Shown here piece after piece: positions 24,421-37,549 of a DNA stretch of 64,000 bases. The notes under the pieces were generated by a model, which saw only the letters and a program-made list of their open reading frames with translations, made no database searches and had not been told where the DNA came from. The translations under genes were made by a program, and so were the position numbers. Within the stretch, counting starts at the first letter, position 1; every line of letters starts with the position of its first letter. This stretch comes from Lingula anatina (taxonomy: Eukaryota; Animalia; Brachiopoda), in contig CM120647.1 in NCBI GenBank assembly GCA_051362555.1, positions 12,004,651 to 12,068,650 on the forward strand, written 5' to 3'.

Positions 24421-27400
24421 GTTTATTTTCCTTAATAACTTTTTTCTCAAACACTTGCATTTGGGATATTTAACCGCCTGAAGCTCTGCACATTTTCTGT
24501 ATTTCCACATAAGCAGTTGTATGTTATTTATGTTTTCAAGCATTATGTAATATTATTTTATGCACTGTCATCATTTTTCAAATATTGAGACTTTCATCAT
24601 GTGACTTTGGTCTCTCATGGTCCTGATACTGTAATCTTATTGAAGGGATGGATTGAGACCATCTTCTGGGTCAGCTTCCGGAAGACGTTCGGATTTTTAA
24701 GTTTATATTGACTGATATTTATTTTTTTTTCTGTTGGAAGATCATCAAAATAGAGGATGGATCAACAAAGATACTTTGGAATACTGTCAGAAAATATCTC
24801 TGGGTCAGCTCCTGTTATTGACCATGTTACCTGTTGTGCATGATTAAAATTCAGTGTTGACTAACAGTGCTATTATAAGCATTATTTATTATTGCATCAA
24901 AATTGGCAAAATGACCTATTTTGCATCATTATTTTCTGTTTTTTGTCTGTACATTTGACAGCTTTGCTGCCTTGTTTAGACCTTAAGGTTATGAGCAACT
25001 GCCAGTATGATGTCCTGAAGAAGAGTTTTTTACATGGAAGAGGAACTCCATGGCTCTCCACCAAAAAAAGAGGAACTTTTCTTGAGGGTCTAAAGCGGGG
25101 ACGAGTTGGATAGTGAGAGACTTTTCCTGACTTTCGAGTGCTGCTTACAGGATATATTCAGTGAACTCATCTTGCCAATGTGACAAAGCATAATCTGCTG
25201 ACTTCAAACCATCTAGCACTGACATGTATGCTATAATGCAGACAGATTGGAAATCAAGGTGGTCTTTCCTCCCAAAACTAAGTCATATGCCTGATATTGA
25301 GAATAAACCATTTTGGTCCAGCATTTACTTCTTAAATCTAGATGACATCAAATGTATTATGGAATATGGTACTGGTGGCATATTGTGACTTCAACTTGAT
25401 TTTAAACCAGTGTGTTGTCAGATTTTGTAAGATCACCAGTTGCAGTTTTGTGACTTTGTTACAGCATAAAATTCTGTATTTGGCAAGTGACTGCATGTCA
25501 TTTCTTTTAAGACCTACAAAAATGGTTTGAGTGAACACTTGTGCCTGTATTCAATTCTCCACTCAGCCATTATTTAGAATTCATGCAGGGAAGCCATGCC
25601 TGTATTTTTTAAAGAAATATTTATACCTTTCTATTTATTCCCTGCACATCTTGGAAAGGTATGTGTGAATATCTTCTGATGAAACAATTTTATATTTGTG
25701 TAAGTGGGGTTAGTCCTTTCTCGTGACACATATCCCTTTGCATGGATATTATTGTGTCAGCTCACATGAGTCAATACACTGACAGAGAGGGGGATAATTT
25801 GTTGATCTGCAATCCTCATGGGTCTGCATGTACATCAGACTCTTAACATGATAGCCCGGCTGTTAATAAGTCTCTCAAAAATGTTACCATACTATAATGT
25901 GTACTGCACAATGTGAAAGTTTGTGAATGCTTGAATGGAAGGCTTATTTATGAAGAAAGCGTTAATGAGTATGAAAATAATTATGCATTCTAGCTTACAA
26001 AATCTGTGTATGTCTTATTCATTACATGTGACAGGTAATAATAAAGATGATTTGGCCAAATTCCAAACTTATGTAGCAAACTTTATTCTTGTATTTTTAC
26101 CAAATATAAATAAAAGATGTTTCAATATTTAAACTTTTATTTCATTCATAATCTCTACCCAGTTAATGCTACATTGATACTGCAGCTTATGCTTTGTACA
26201 TAACAATATGTTAATAATAATAACAGTTGGAAAGTACGTTGTTAATTTACTAAAGGGCTAGTTCTTAGAAAAACATGTTCGACATTAAAATATATTTTAA
26301 AAAAGTTTTCAGGAATTGCATGAGAATTGAATCTTTGGATGTATTTGGCAAATTTTTTAAATTATTGAAGAGTTGACAATGCCCAGAAAATAAAAGTCCT
26401 TGAGGCTCTCGGTGATCTCAGTCTTGGCACTTAAAATACGTGGGCATTATAATATAAAAGTGTTCACTCAGTTTTGGTAAAAGGTGGTGGATTATGTGGT
26501 CATTATTACACATTTTTTGTAGCAGTCTTTTGCACAACTTGTCACACCGACATTGAAGTGAAGCAGTATTGTTAGATTGGAGTGCTTCCTGGTATGAGTT
26601 TTCCAGATATAACTTGAGGCACTGTAATGGTAAAATTACATAAAATGATTAATGAGAAAAAACCTATTGATTTAATCAAATCCGCACTATTCTTAAACAA
26701 AAATCAACAAATTAGAGGGCATGATCACTACATGATAACCAGCTTTTGATAAAGAAGATGGCACAAAATAATTAAATTTAAATAGCTATAGCTGCATTAG
26801 ATCATAAAGGCCACAAGAAGAAATAACATAATCACACATGGTTTTAAAGAACTGATGTAAAAAAAAAATCACACTAATATTTCCCATTTGCAATTAGAAT
26901 TTTGACAAGCTAATCGATAGTACTAAACCATACCAAATGGCACTATTCGCCCTCTAAAATAGCAAAAAATTTAAGCGGGCCCAGAACCCCACGGCAACTA
27001 GAGGGTCAGCTTTGCATCCGCGGACCCCCTCCCCCAACTTCAAATAATCCTGGATCCGCCACTGTTACCTGGTGTATTGCTAAAATTATTAACATACCTG
27101 TTCTCTCCTTCGTGCTTGAAGGGGTGTAGCAACCAGTTCCTCCTCTGAAAGGCTAAAAAATTCATTCCTTGTAATCATATTCATTACTTATAATCATATT
27201 CATATTTATTTATTGTATTATTCTATTATTTTACTCTTTATATTGCTCCAAAATTAAAATGATTTCCGATTTTAATAATTGGCTAAATAAACTCTTATCT
27301 TATCTTATCTGACAATATTAATTAATTTACAAATGAGTTACGTGTTGTACAAAGAACACCCTCTATCCCAACTAGTACAGTACTCGAGTTACATTGTATA

Positions 27401-28354
27401 TCTCATGGGATTCCCCTGCGGGAATATGGTGTGAGGTTCGTCTGCAAGTACTGGTAGATGACCACATTGAGCAGAAAACGGTATTCCTCCTGGTTTACAG
27501 AACTATTTACCTCAGGGGCAAAGTGCACTACCACGCTTCATGTAACTACAGTAGTAGTACGCAGTGCGAGTGGTTTGGGGACTGCGTGTTATCCGAGGAA
27601 ATGTAGCAGTTATCTACGCTTTTAAACTTCCACTGCTAGATATTTTTATTTCCACTGCCACCTTCCCATTTTAAAGCACATATAGTGACTATAACTCGCT
27701 TACCTGCAAAGATTTTGTGAACAATTCCTCTTCTTCTCGCCCACGCTCACCTTCGCAGTCGAGTGAGACATGCTGGCTGCATTGTTTACATCTCGTTTCT
27801 GAGTCGAGAAGCCGCGTTATTTCAAACTATGTCAAGATGGCTGACGCCCGGGGTTCGAAAGTGGACGGTGAATATGATTCTTTTTTTCGATATTGATTAA
27901 GGCCATTTACCTGCCATTTTTTGCTTTACCCATAGCAATTGTTCTCAGATAAGTTAAAAAGGAAGCAATCCATGCACTAAAAAGGCGTTTTTAATCCTAT
28001 TTTTTGTCCCTTTAAATTCAACTTTCCCAAAACAAAGGCTGATGACGTTACCACAAACGTGGACTGCCTGGACATTTTGGTCCATTCGAACTGTCAGCTG
28101 AAAATAACGGCGGAGAGAACAAAACAAATCAACAGCACCCTTTCTAATCCCAAGAACCGGTTTGTTCGCTTAAATCCCATAGTGCGGCCATATTATACCA
28201 ATGAGTTTTGGCGTACTACAAACAGGAGTGACGCAATTGGTAAATTTTTCTGGGTTTGGACTGATGGAGACATTGGCAGGCGGTTTCTGTCCTTGGACTA
28301 CAATTTTGTTGAGATGTCCTTGTGGACTCTTTCACCAGGTGTAGAGAAAATTAA

Positions 28355-30806
28355 ATGACGATAGACCCATATAAATCCATTTCTCGCATTTTGAATATTC
28401 AGCACTCAATCTATACACTAGAGGTATGTTTGATGGGGATTGATAGTGGAGAAGAAAGTGATGACTACACTCCCTTGATGGGGATTGACAATAATCCAGG
28501 ACCCCAAAATTATTCATACCCGCCACTAGAGGATCCCCGCCATTAAAAATTTATAAAAACAATCTATAAGTAGAAAAAAAAGCGGTTTAGTAAACCTCAC
28601 CTCAATATGCATAAATGAAGCAACAGATCTAGGTCACGTGGTACTGTGACGACAATGAGGATAAAGGTCTATGAGACTTAACAGAGCTGCATGGTGCATA
28701 CAGACAATAGTTAAAGAAAGTTGTGTTGAACGGAGTTGAGCAATTTTCTTTATGCCTCAGTGTGTTGCCGTGGGATTCACCAAAATTGCAGCACTCCTTG
28801 GCAATCTTTCTTTGTCTGTGACGGTCTTCCGTGACTTACTAACTTCGGCGACAATAGTTGTGAACTCGGTCACCTCAGGTGTTTTAGATCATATCAAAAT
28901 CTGATAGTCTTTTAGATTAACTGTCATCAGTTGGCAAGCTTACTAATTGCTGATGCATTTTAAATGCATTGTAGTTGACCAAGAGCTCGTTAACAATAAA
29001 ACATGTTAATTATGCACTGCTGCAATTCCCAGGCCAGGTAATAACAGGTATCAAACTCGTCTTGGTGGGCTTTCATATTTTTCAATATATCTCATTTATT
29101 TCATGGGGTTATTTTATTGGTATTTGTAAATGACGTTAAATATCAATATTTAAACAATTAAGTCCAAACACGGTCGCGAACATTAATAAAAGAAATTGCT
29201 CTCAGGGTATCTTGAAGCATGCGTATGCCCAGGCATTACTTCCTTGGAAGAAAACGTGTTGAGGAAAAACAGGAAAACGAGCGTTATATTAAAGAAAAAA
29301 TGGGAACTGCTGTAATAAAATGATTCGTAATCAAACAGACAAACGGGGAAATATCCACAAAGAGTAAAGGGCTATTGCACCAACATCTTGTTGAAATTTT
29401 TACACTGCAATTCTATTTAAATAAGCTAAGGAACTAATTGCCAAATTTAGACTTTCATCACATAACAGGGGCGTAACCAGGCCTGCAAAAGTTGTACGCA
29501 CAGATTAAAAAAATTACAAGCACGTACAGCAAAATGTAGACTAGCGCAAAACATGAAGGACAGCGTAATCACAGCAAATGTACCTCATATAGTAGCTTAA
29601 TTTCCATTAATAATAAAATCATCATTTAAGTCAAAATATTCTCGCGATTTAATAAATATTCTAATTTACCGTGAACGGTATATTTATTTAAAAGGAGGCT
29701 AACTGAAATATAGTTTTATTTTTTGTTTGTCAAAATTGCTCTTGTCACCCTGTTAGTTTGGAGGTCTAAGCTGGATCAAGTCCATGTTAAAATCCCTATG
29801 AAGCTGTGCAGGAAAAATTCTTCCTTTGTTTCTCTAGTTCCTCGATAAACCTGGTGTTCAGATTTTATCTAGTACCCCCAGGTCTGCGGGAGCTGCTCTT
29901 TGAAACTAACGCACAGGTAGATTTTTACCTGAGATAAATATCGCCAGCGAGAGTGCGTTCGATAAGGGCCCCTTTACACTGGACGGCGTCCTTTCTGCGT
30001 CCAGCAGTACGGACCCATTTGAGAGTTAAAAAATTATAATACTTTTCGTGCCGACAACTGGCTGATCATTGAGCATTCATTCTGATACAAAATCAATGCT
30101 CGTGTCTCCTTATTAGGACCACAGCGATGCCAAATTCCATGGTCGCATAAAGAACGCAGAAAGGACGCCGTCCAGTGTAAAGGGGGTATAATCAAATGCC
30201 ATTTAACCCTCTAATTAAGAGGTAAAGGAAGTTCCAGTTAGATGGATGATTACTTGTAAAGGTAATAGGCATTGTTTACCTCAGTTTAATAAAAGTATGC
30301 AAGACGGAGTGGCAGCAGTTTAATAAAAGTAATTGAATTGCACAAATAACATGGACCTCATATGCAATAATCAACAGTACCCTTAACTCATTCAAATGCA
30401 GTGTTTTTTATAACTTGGGATAACCATAATGAAATGCTTGTTAAAGAGTTGACTAGACGGGAAATTTTTTTAAACAGCTTCACGAGGATTTAGACCCCTC
30501 GGGTAAGAGATTTGAATGAGTATAAACTTTTATCAGAAGCCAGAGATGTCATCTTACAGGTAGACAATGCAGCTCAGTTTGACAGCTAAGCACGCTCTGT
30601 TCTCCGGTGGCACGATTGTCGTCATCGGACCACATGACCACGTACCTCATTAACTCCCAGGCCGAGCAAATAGGACGTTTTTTAAAGCCAAAAATTTACA
30701 AAATGAGCTTTTAATTTGTGTATTTGGATAAAGATATCGTTAGTTGGGCATATTTTCTGAGGAATATGTTCCGTTCAGGCCATTTTGACGGTATGACGCA
30801 AATCCT
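28355..30806. mobile_element. Second TTAA-flanked insertion (Kolobok-like, composite)
   Basis: TTAA at 28351-28354 and 30807-30810 splits the codons K-I-N-V-D-L, and the right end is ...cct. Subterminal inverted match ggtcacgtggtactgtgacgacaat (28632-28656) versus 30615-30639. The terminal bases themselves match poorly. Confidence 0.7.
29966..30188. mobile_element. PIF/Harbinger-type MITE
   Basis: TIRs CCCCTTTACACTGGACGGCGTCCTTTCTGCGT / ACGCAGAAAGGACGCCGTCCAGTGTAAAGGGG with TAA on both sides. Absent from the homologous repeat at ~7630. Confidence 0.85.
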
Positions 30807-30973
30807 TTAACGTTGACTTACAAGAAGTACAACAAGGAAGTTAGGTTACCTTAATTGTCACGGAACAATTCTGCACCTTAACATCACTGTTTCTGAACAC
30901 AGTTAATGAAAGAGCCATTACGCAAAATCATCTTGATTTAAACTTCTTCGCCGCCAAAACGTTAAGTACTTAC

Positions 30974-32692
30974 ATGTCTTCAGATGTCTCTAATGTTCCA
31001 AAAATTAATTTTTCTGAGGAAGAAGAAATGACGCCCGATGTGACGACTTTTAGAAGTATAATCTGGCCAATTGCGATTTACTTCTCACCAATCATCTTCA
31101 TCTTGTTACTTCCAAATCGTTTTACAGTTCGATACTCTAAAGAATGGCTACGTAACTTGAAAAAGTTCGAAATCAATGGCCCGCAAACAAAAACGCCCTT
31201 TAGTGAAATGATTACCTTACAACCAGATAGCCGAAGGACTGCTTGCATAGCGGTAATTTTGATATATGTTCTTGCACATATTCCCATCTTTTTCGCAATT
31301 GGTATATATTACAAATACTATTTGGATTTCACTATCCCTATATCGGAGTGTTTTTGGGTGCCATTTACATTTGTACTCATACTAATGCCATATCAGACTT
31401 ACACATCGACAGAAAATTTTGAAGATTGGAAAATACGAATGAAGTTTATATCGTATTTAATTAATTTGAAAGTCTTTCCCTTTCAATTCATATTTAAAGG
31501 CAAAAGGAAATATGACAGAACGACTGACACAGGCTTAGTGGATTCAAATATTTTGGGTGATTACATTTCCTTTTCGAATGTATATAGGAAGGTATTTCTG
31601 ACGGCTAGTCACTTAATCAAATGTATATATTTCCGTTTGGATTTCAGCCGTCATTCATGCACTCGTAGATCTGTGGCGATCGCCATAGGCGTGATACTGC
31701 ACTTTATTCTTGTCGGTCTTCCCAATATTATAGCGGTTTGTGCGTTTGTTGGCTTTTTCTTATTACTTAAAAGGGAGCAAAATATATGGCAGAGTGACAG
31801 GTGTCTTGCGAGTTTTCTTGATATTCAAATGATTCTTCTTATATACATCGAGTATGTTTACGTAACTTCTATATATTATTTGACCTTAGTAATCACGCTG
31901 TCTTTAGCTGGTGCTATTATAAATTACGATATTGTATTGCCCTACGTTATGTTAATTTTAGCAGTGCTTTATTACGTATGGAAACCTTTCCACGATTTAC
32001 AAGGTAACTACCGTGAACTGAAAACGGTTGTATTTAAAGAATGCTCGTCACGTGGTCTGAAGTACGTAAAACATGTTCAAGTAAACGCTCAGAGTACAGG
32101 CGGTACTGACTCGCATGACAAAAATACACATAGCAGTGAAGAAGAAAGTGATGACTGCACTCCCTTGATGAGAATTAACAATAATCAAAGACCCCAAAAT
32201 GATTCAGGTATGGCAAACCGTCATCTAGGTAACAATGAAGGGGAAATAGCTTATTCTGGAAATGTACAGTCTACAAACAGCGAACAGTCATCTACTACAG
32301 AACAAGACGATGAGGAATATGTCCTTTTGTACAAATCAGATAAAAAAGGTTGTGAAATCATCCCTAAAAAACTATGGGAAAAAATTTATCAACAGTTACT
32401 TCCTCTCGACGCAGGCATTGCAAAGGCACTCATCAACTCCATAACTGCAGTTGCCATGGCGTCCTTTTTCATGGGCACGCTGTTGGATTTCCACAAAGTT
32501 TGGGAATTACAATTCATCGGTCAGGGGGTAGCCTCTCTCATTACTGTGTCCATTCCTGAAATTGTGTTGGGTTTAGTTAACACGGAGGCTAGCAAAGAAA
32601 GTCTGAAGCGTAGTTGGGAGATTGCAGTCCGAGATATAGTTAATGAAAACATCATAGACAAGGAGATAACCGATCCAAAGAGTGTCGATTAA
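30974..32692 (+). CDS. Residual open reading frame of copy 4 (membrane region and C-terminus, 572 aa)
   Basis: Uninterrupted ORF colinear with copy 2 from the end of the ectodomain. It lacks a signal peptide, and expression is unknown. Confidence 0.45.
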   Translation: MSSDVSNVPKINFSEEEEMTPDVTTFRSIIWPIAIYFSPIIFILLLPNRFTVRYSKEWLRNLKKFEINGPQTKTPFSEMITLQPDSRRTACIAVILIYVLAHIPIFFAIGIYYKYYLDFTIPISECFWVPFTFVLILMPYQTYTSTENFEDWKIRMKFISYLINLKVFPFQFIFKGKRKYDRTTDTGLVDSNILGDYISFSNVYRKVFLTASHLIKCIYFRLDFSRHSCTRRSVAIAIGVILHFILVGLPNIIAVCAFVGFFLLLKREQNIWQSDRCLASFLDIQMILLIYIEYVYVTSIYYLTLVITLSLAGAIINYDIVLPYVMLILAVLYYVWKPFHDLQGNYRELKTVVFKECSSRGLKYVKHVQVNAQSTGGTDSHDKNTHSSEEESDDCTPLMRINNNQRPQNDSGMANRHLGNNEGEIAYSGNVQSTNSEQSSTTEQDDEEYVLLYKSDKKGCEIIPKKLWEKIYQQLLPLDAGIAKALINSITAVAMASFFMGTLLDFHKVWELQFIGQGVASLITVSIPEIVLGLVNTEASKESLKRSWEIAVRDIVNENIIDKEITDPKSVD

Positions 32693-34030
32693 TGTAAATG
32701 CCGTTTGATGCATTTTTTGCCTTTAATGCTTCAGACCAAAAGTGTTTTTTTTACCTGTTGGTATACTGTGCACGTAAGATAATGTTATATTATCTTGTAT
32801 GTCAATATATACTGCAAAAATTATTTTGTATGTCAATATGTACTGCAAACTACCTGTCATCTGGAATTCAGACAATAAAAAATACAATAAAGCAACTTGA
32901 ATGAATTTACTAGATGTAATGAAAATATGGTAATCGATTTTTGTCTGGAATCTACAGAGGCGTATAGCAAATAATGTGAAGTATGAGTATGGGAGGAACT
33001 GGCTTGTCATTCCATCCTTTACCTCTCTTTATCTTTGTTTCCGTAATGTAGTGTATATATTCATCATCATAATCATTATCCATTTATCGTCCTCGGCGGA
33101 ATGGCAGTAGCAGCAGCAACACATAAAGATCACAGCTGGATGGCTTGTCCTTAACCAGAGTGGGAGTACTGGCATTTTCTGCCTTCCAAGCCTACTCTCC
33201 CACCTGAATATAACATTGAAAGGTTTTATTTACACCTCTCTTCCCCTTGTAACTTTTTGCGGTATCCAGCTGTCAAGGAAATTGATACTATATCAGTATT
33301 TAGCGATTACTATGAGAGACTTGACTCTGGTCAGAAGTTAGGTTACATATGTTAAACAGTTAGATATACAAAAATACACGTTACAATGTACACATGTTAG
33401 AACATATTTATTGTATATACTGGTGTGTGTTATCTAGTATCAACGTGGGCTTACATAAGTTATAATATATATTGGAGCGTTTGTATATATACCACATATT
33501 AATATAAAGATGACATTTTTACTAATGATTCTTGTCAATGACGAAGTCAAATGCTGCGTAAAATCTATGTGTTTATTGAAAATAATTATATAATAATTCT
33601 TTATGAGAACAATTTCTTTGTACATGTGTTCTTGTGACAAACTAGTAAGCATCTTGCACAATTCCATTGAAAATTTACGATCGTTTGCCCTTCATGAACA
33701 TCTGTTGTAGACGAATAAATGTTTCGAGTCAGATACTAGAAATAGAATGAAAACAATGTACATGTGTAAGGTCTCAGTTGCTAACGTAAGTTCCTATGTA
33801 TCTGAGTTACACATTATTATCTTCTGTTGTAAATACATCTACAATATGACTTAATTAAACTATTTAAGTATTTCAATCAGTATTTCAATTCTACTGTGTT
33901 GTTTTAATATTCAAAATGTCCGATGTATTTGGTATTTCTTCCAGGAAAAGGGGCAGAATCCAAACATCTTAGTCATTATTGAAAATAATTTTATGTTTAA
34001 GTAACATTGGGTCAAATCAATAAACAATCC

Positions 34031-34750
34031 ATATCAGATAAGATTAGAGTTTAATCAGCCATTGATATATAAATTAAAATTTAGGATATAACGGATAACG
34101 CATTGCTATTTGGGTAAAGTGAATAAAGTATAAGAAAACAACATAGTTTCAAGATATAAAAATTCTAATATTTCTTTTTTAGTTGTTAAAATGAGAGACA
34201 ACAGCTTGGAAAAAGTTTCGAAAACCTTTTGGATCCTTTAAAACTCAAAAGTCTACAGTTACTTGGTAAGATATTTAAAAGGTCGCGTGTAGGATGGGTA
34301 CAGTCAGACATAATTTTTCCTGTGCTTCTAATATTTTTGTAGAAATGGCACTTATAGAGGGGAGATCAAGACCAATGATTTTGCAACATGTACTTGTCAC
34401 AACACTTAAGCGCTTGCGGTCTTCTTCAGTGGCACGTCCATACCACACCGTGATTGCAAATGTTAAACGATTCTCAATTATTATAAAAGTTCGATAATTT
34501 AATTCAGTGTAAAAACCTTCAACTTTCTTAAAAAGTATACCCTTTGTCTTTTCTTTTTCACTGTTTGTCCATGGGGTTCTTCCGTGTCAGTAAGCCCTTG
34601 AATTCGACACCAAGCAACCTAAAATCGATAACTTGCTTTATTGCAGTGTCATTGATGTGAATGGGCTCTTTTACATTTCTTTTCTTTCTAAAGTCAACCA
34701 CCATTTCCTTAGTCTTTTGACATAACAGATTGTTATCTTTACACACGATT
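34031..34750 (-). mobile_element. 5'-truncated non-LTR retrotransposon relic (Rex1/Babar-like)
   Basis: CKDNNLL...KTKEMVVDFRK...INDTAIKQVIDFRLLGV followed by LTFAITVWYG...KIIG, typical of the RT C-terminus. It interrupts the paralogous intergenic module. Confidence 0.75.
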
Positions 34751-35319
34751 ATTTTTTATTTGATGAACAAATTATGGGCGTCTTAAACTCTTTTTTATCA
34801 ACTGCCAACATTTTTACATGGCAAAGTTTGTATTTCTTTTGAACACGTTTTATTATTTTACTCTTTGGAGCGTAAGGTTATTAATTTGTCAATGCACAGC
34901 ATTAATATTGTGGCGCAGCAGCAAAACATTCTTATATTAGCGTGTTATTGTCGCTTAATCCTCCTTGGATACACGATTTGTCGCTTATGTATGCAAATAT
35001 TTGTCTCCATGGGTAGACAAGGAGCACCTATAATTGACATTCGAATATAATACTTGGGAAGGGCTAGGGAATCAAAAACCTCTCTGGGCATTGTTGCACG
35101 TTCAAGATTATAAAGTGAATATAAATCTCGTCTATTGCTTGTCGTATGTAAGAAAATTTCCTTTTCTTTAGTGGGCCCATTTCTAAAGATCATTGTATTA
35201 CGGCTAACTCAAAGGTACGTGAACGCTGTATAGCAACAAAACATTCTACAGAAAAAAAGATGTCAACACTATGCAGGGATTTTACACTGTAAAAAGAAAA
35301 CAGGTGTTAGAATATAGCA

Positions 35320-35560
35320 CAAAAATTAAAGCCCAACGCTTTCGGAGCTTAATCAAACAAGGTGCTGGGTTGTTTATTTAAGTATTAACAGAATGGCTTT
35401 GGGGCTCTCTTGGTGTTTACTCGCCGTTCGGCAGTCAAAGCGAAAGTTTTAACATTACTGAACAGACGCTCAAGTCTTTGCGTTCAGCTGCAACATCCTT
35501 CATGTATAAATGAAACTGTTCAGCTGACGACGAAGTTGACACTATGATGTAGACAATTAT
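35320..35560 (+). promoter_or_regulatory. Orphan fifth promoter/exon-1 block with no downstream CDS
   Basis: Matches 11915-12140 (actcgcc...AAAGCGAAAGT...gaacagacgctcaagt...tgaaactgttcagctgacgac). It is followed by a transposon relic instead of coding sequence. Confidence 0.6.
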
Positions 35561-35642
35561 GAACGTCAACGATTGAAACGGATCGGCTTCGACTCGACCT
35601 TTCTTGATGATGACGATAGTGTCCATGTGTGCTTGCATTTAA

Positions 35643-37380
35643 GGCCAGCCAAGGAACAACAAAAATGGTGACGAGTGTTTACTGACCAATACCCCCCCCC
35701 CAAAAAAAAAAAAAAAAAAAAAACACCTCAAAGCCCATATCTTGTAACCCATATCTTGTAATGTCACAGAAACATGTTTTGAATATTATTACGTTGGGCA
35801 CCACCAATCATTTGCAATTATATTTAAGATCATAGGAGGTCAAGGTCATTTCCCAGGTTTCAACTGTTGACCACAATTACACATCCGAGTAGATGTGACA
35901 TATGGTCAACAAGACTCGAATCTGCTGACTAATGTTCTGCGTTCATACCAGTTTCAAAAGTAGTTCAATGTTCCCATATCACCTAGGAAACAGTACATTG
36001 ATGCGATCTGAATCCAGAAATTATTCCTCAGGTCTGTTAGGATCAGAGACATGCAACTCTTATACGCTCTCACTGACATCTTTTCTTGTGTATGTCATGG
36101 GAGATAATGCCATAAAAGGTAACCTATCTGGAATTTTTGCACCAGATTAAAATGTTCCTGAAAAAAAAAAAAAGGATTTTTTCTCCTAACCATAAAGTAC
36201 TGCTTGATCCATCTATGCTTTTGTATAATTTCAATTTAATGTAGTTTTGAATGACTCCTGGATCCCGATATATCAGAATGGAACATCCACAACATGGTGA
36301 AGGTTCTTAGAAGTTGTTTATTTTAAAATGTCTAAATGAGAAAAGGCACACGGCTTTATAGGATATTCTTACATAAATATAGCTATTTTTAGGCATAGTG
36401 GTATTGGTGCCTTTTTATTTAAGCAATGAAAATTGAATAACATAGGTTGTAAATGAATGCTACATACATGTGTACCTTCCGTGCAGTAATGCTGATGCCT
36501 TACCTCTAATTAAATATTATTTTGATAATCCCATGATGTAATTTGATACCTGTATGATCAAATTTCTGTCAAATTTTATGACAGTCTTGTTATAGGGTCA
36601 TGAGCCTGATCTCTGGTAACCTTAGAAATAGTACTGATTGACACTTTAAACATGTTTCTGTGACACTGGATTATCAAAATGTAGACATGGTACCTTTTAT
36701 TTCGAGCTAAAATACCATGACCTTGTAAAAAGGCCTCAACATTGAACCCCTGTGACCTTGAAATTAGTTAAAATCATGGTTGGCAGAACCTCACTCAGCT
36801 GAGGGATTGATATTTCAAACATGTTTCTGTGATGGTGGGTTTCCAAAATATAATATTTTGGCATATTTTTCCTCGAAAAAATCCCTTGACCTTGTCATTA
36901 AGTAATGAACTTTACTTATGGTGACCTTGAAAATAGCTGAAAATGATTTGTGGTGCCTCACACTGTAAGAATTTATATTTAGACTATGTATCTGCAATAT
37001 GGGGCTGCTAAAATATGGCCATTAGGGTAGTTTTTGCTTGAAAATGCATTGGCATTATATATAATTAGGCCCTGCCTTTGAGCACTGGTGACCTAAAATG
37101 TTGTTGAAAATGATTGGTAGTACCTCACTTAGTAGGAGTTGATATTTAAAATATGTTTCCGTGACATTTGGTTATCAAGATATGAGTATTCTGGTAATCT
37201 TCCCGATTAAATGGCGGCCAGTTTGGAATTTGGCCAAAACTGAGACTTTGACATGGGGGGATTTATGGGGGATTTTTACTTTTGTTATATTGGACCTTCA
37301 ACGAACTGGAATCAGTTAAGAAAACTTCGTCACCATTTATTTCAAGTTCAATGGGGAAATTTGCTTGTTTAATGGCCCAT
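35643..37380. mobile_element. Non-autonomous DNA transposon with long imperfect TIRs (Academ-like, tentative)
   Basis: Left ggcca...aatggtgacga...catatcttg...atgtcacagaaacatgtttt...accaatcattt is mirrored in reverse complement at 37110-37380. Confidence 0.5.
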
Positions 37381-37549
37381 CACTGTGTATTGGGCCGTTC
37401 GTAAATATTTACATAAAAAATACCACGTTTCTTCTGATGATTCAATGGGTCAATGACGAAGTTAACTGTTGTTTGTGTTGATTGATGAATGTAATATGTA
37501 CAAACAAGAATATTTTACATAAATAAACTTATATTTTTTGTTTTCTGTA

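Larger units (their letters stand above)
20760..28011. mobile_element. Kolobok-type DNA transposon (~7.25 kb, decayed)
   Basis: TTAA TSD at 20756-20759 and 28012-28015. Imperfect 19-bp TIRs: left AAGGACACAAAAGAGGATT, right (rev-comp) AGGGACAAAAAATAGGATT. Purine-purine termini with a TTAA TSD fit Kolobok. Decayed first exon at ~21037-21258 (MAQETPSKKGRK...DRQTINTGEE*GR*K...AAKYLLG/gtgagt). Confidence 0.8.
20713..32692 (+). pseudogene. Copy 4: full-length gene interrupted by two TTAA-flanked insertions and a nonsense codon
   Basis: Acceptor tttttacAG at ~20689 and ATG at 20713. Joining 20713-20759, 28016-28354 and 30811-32692 restores the frame (METIGLLMFFILILFKFNFPKTKADDVTTNVDCL...VEKINVDLQEVQQGS*VTL...). 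TAG at 30842-30844 replaces a conserved Trp. The remaining 572 codons (30974-32692) are open. Confidence 0.88.

Noticed and set aside
25000-25600. Possible transposase or KolX coding remnant within the Kolobok element
   Set aside because: There are many stops in all frames and no motif I can identify with confidence.
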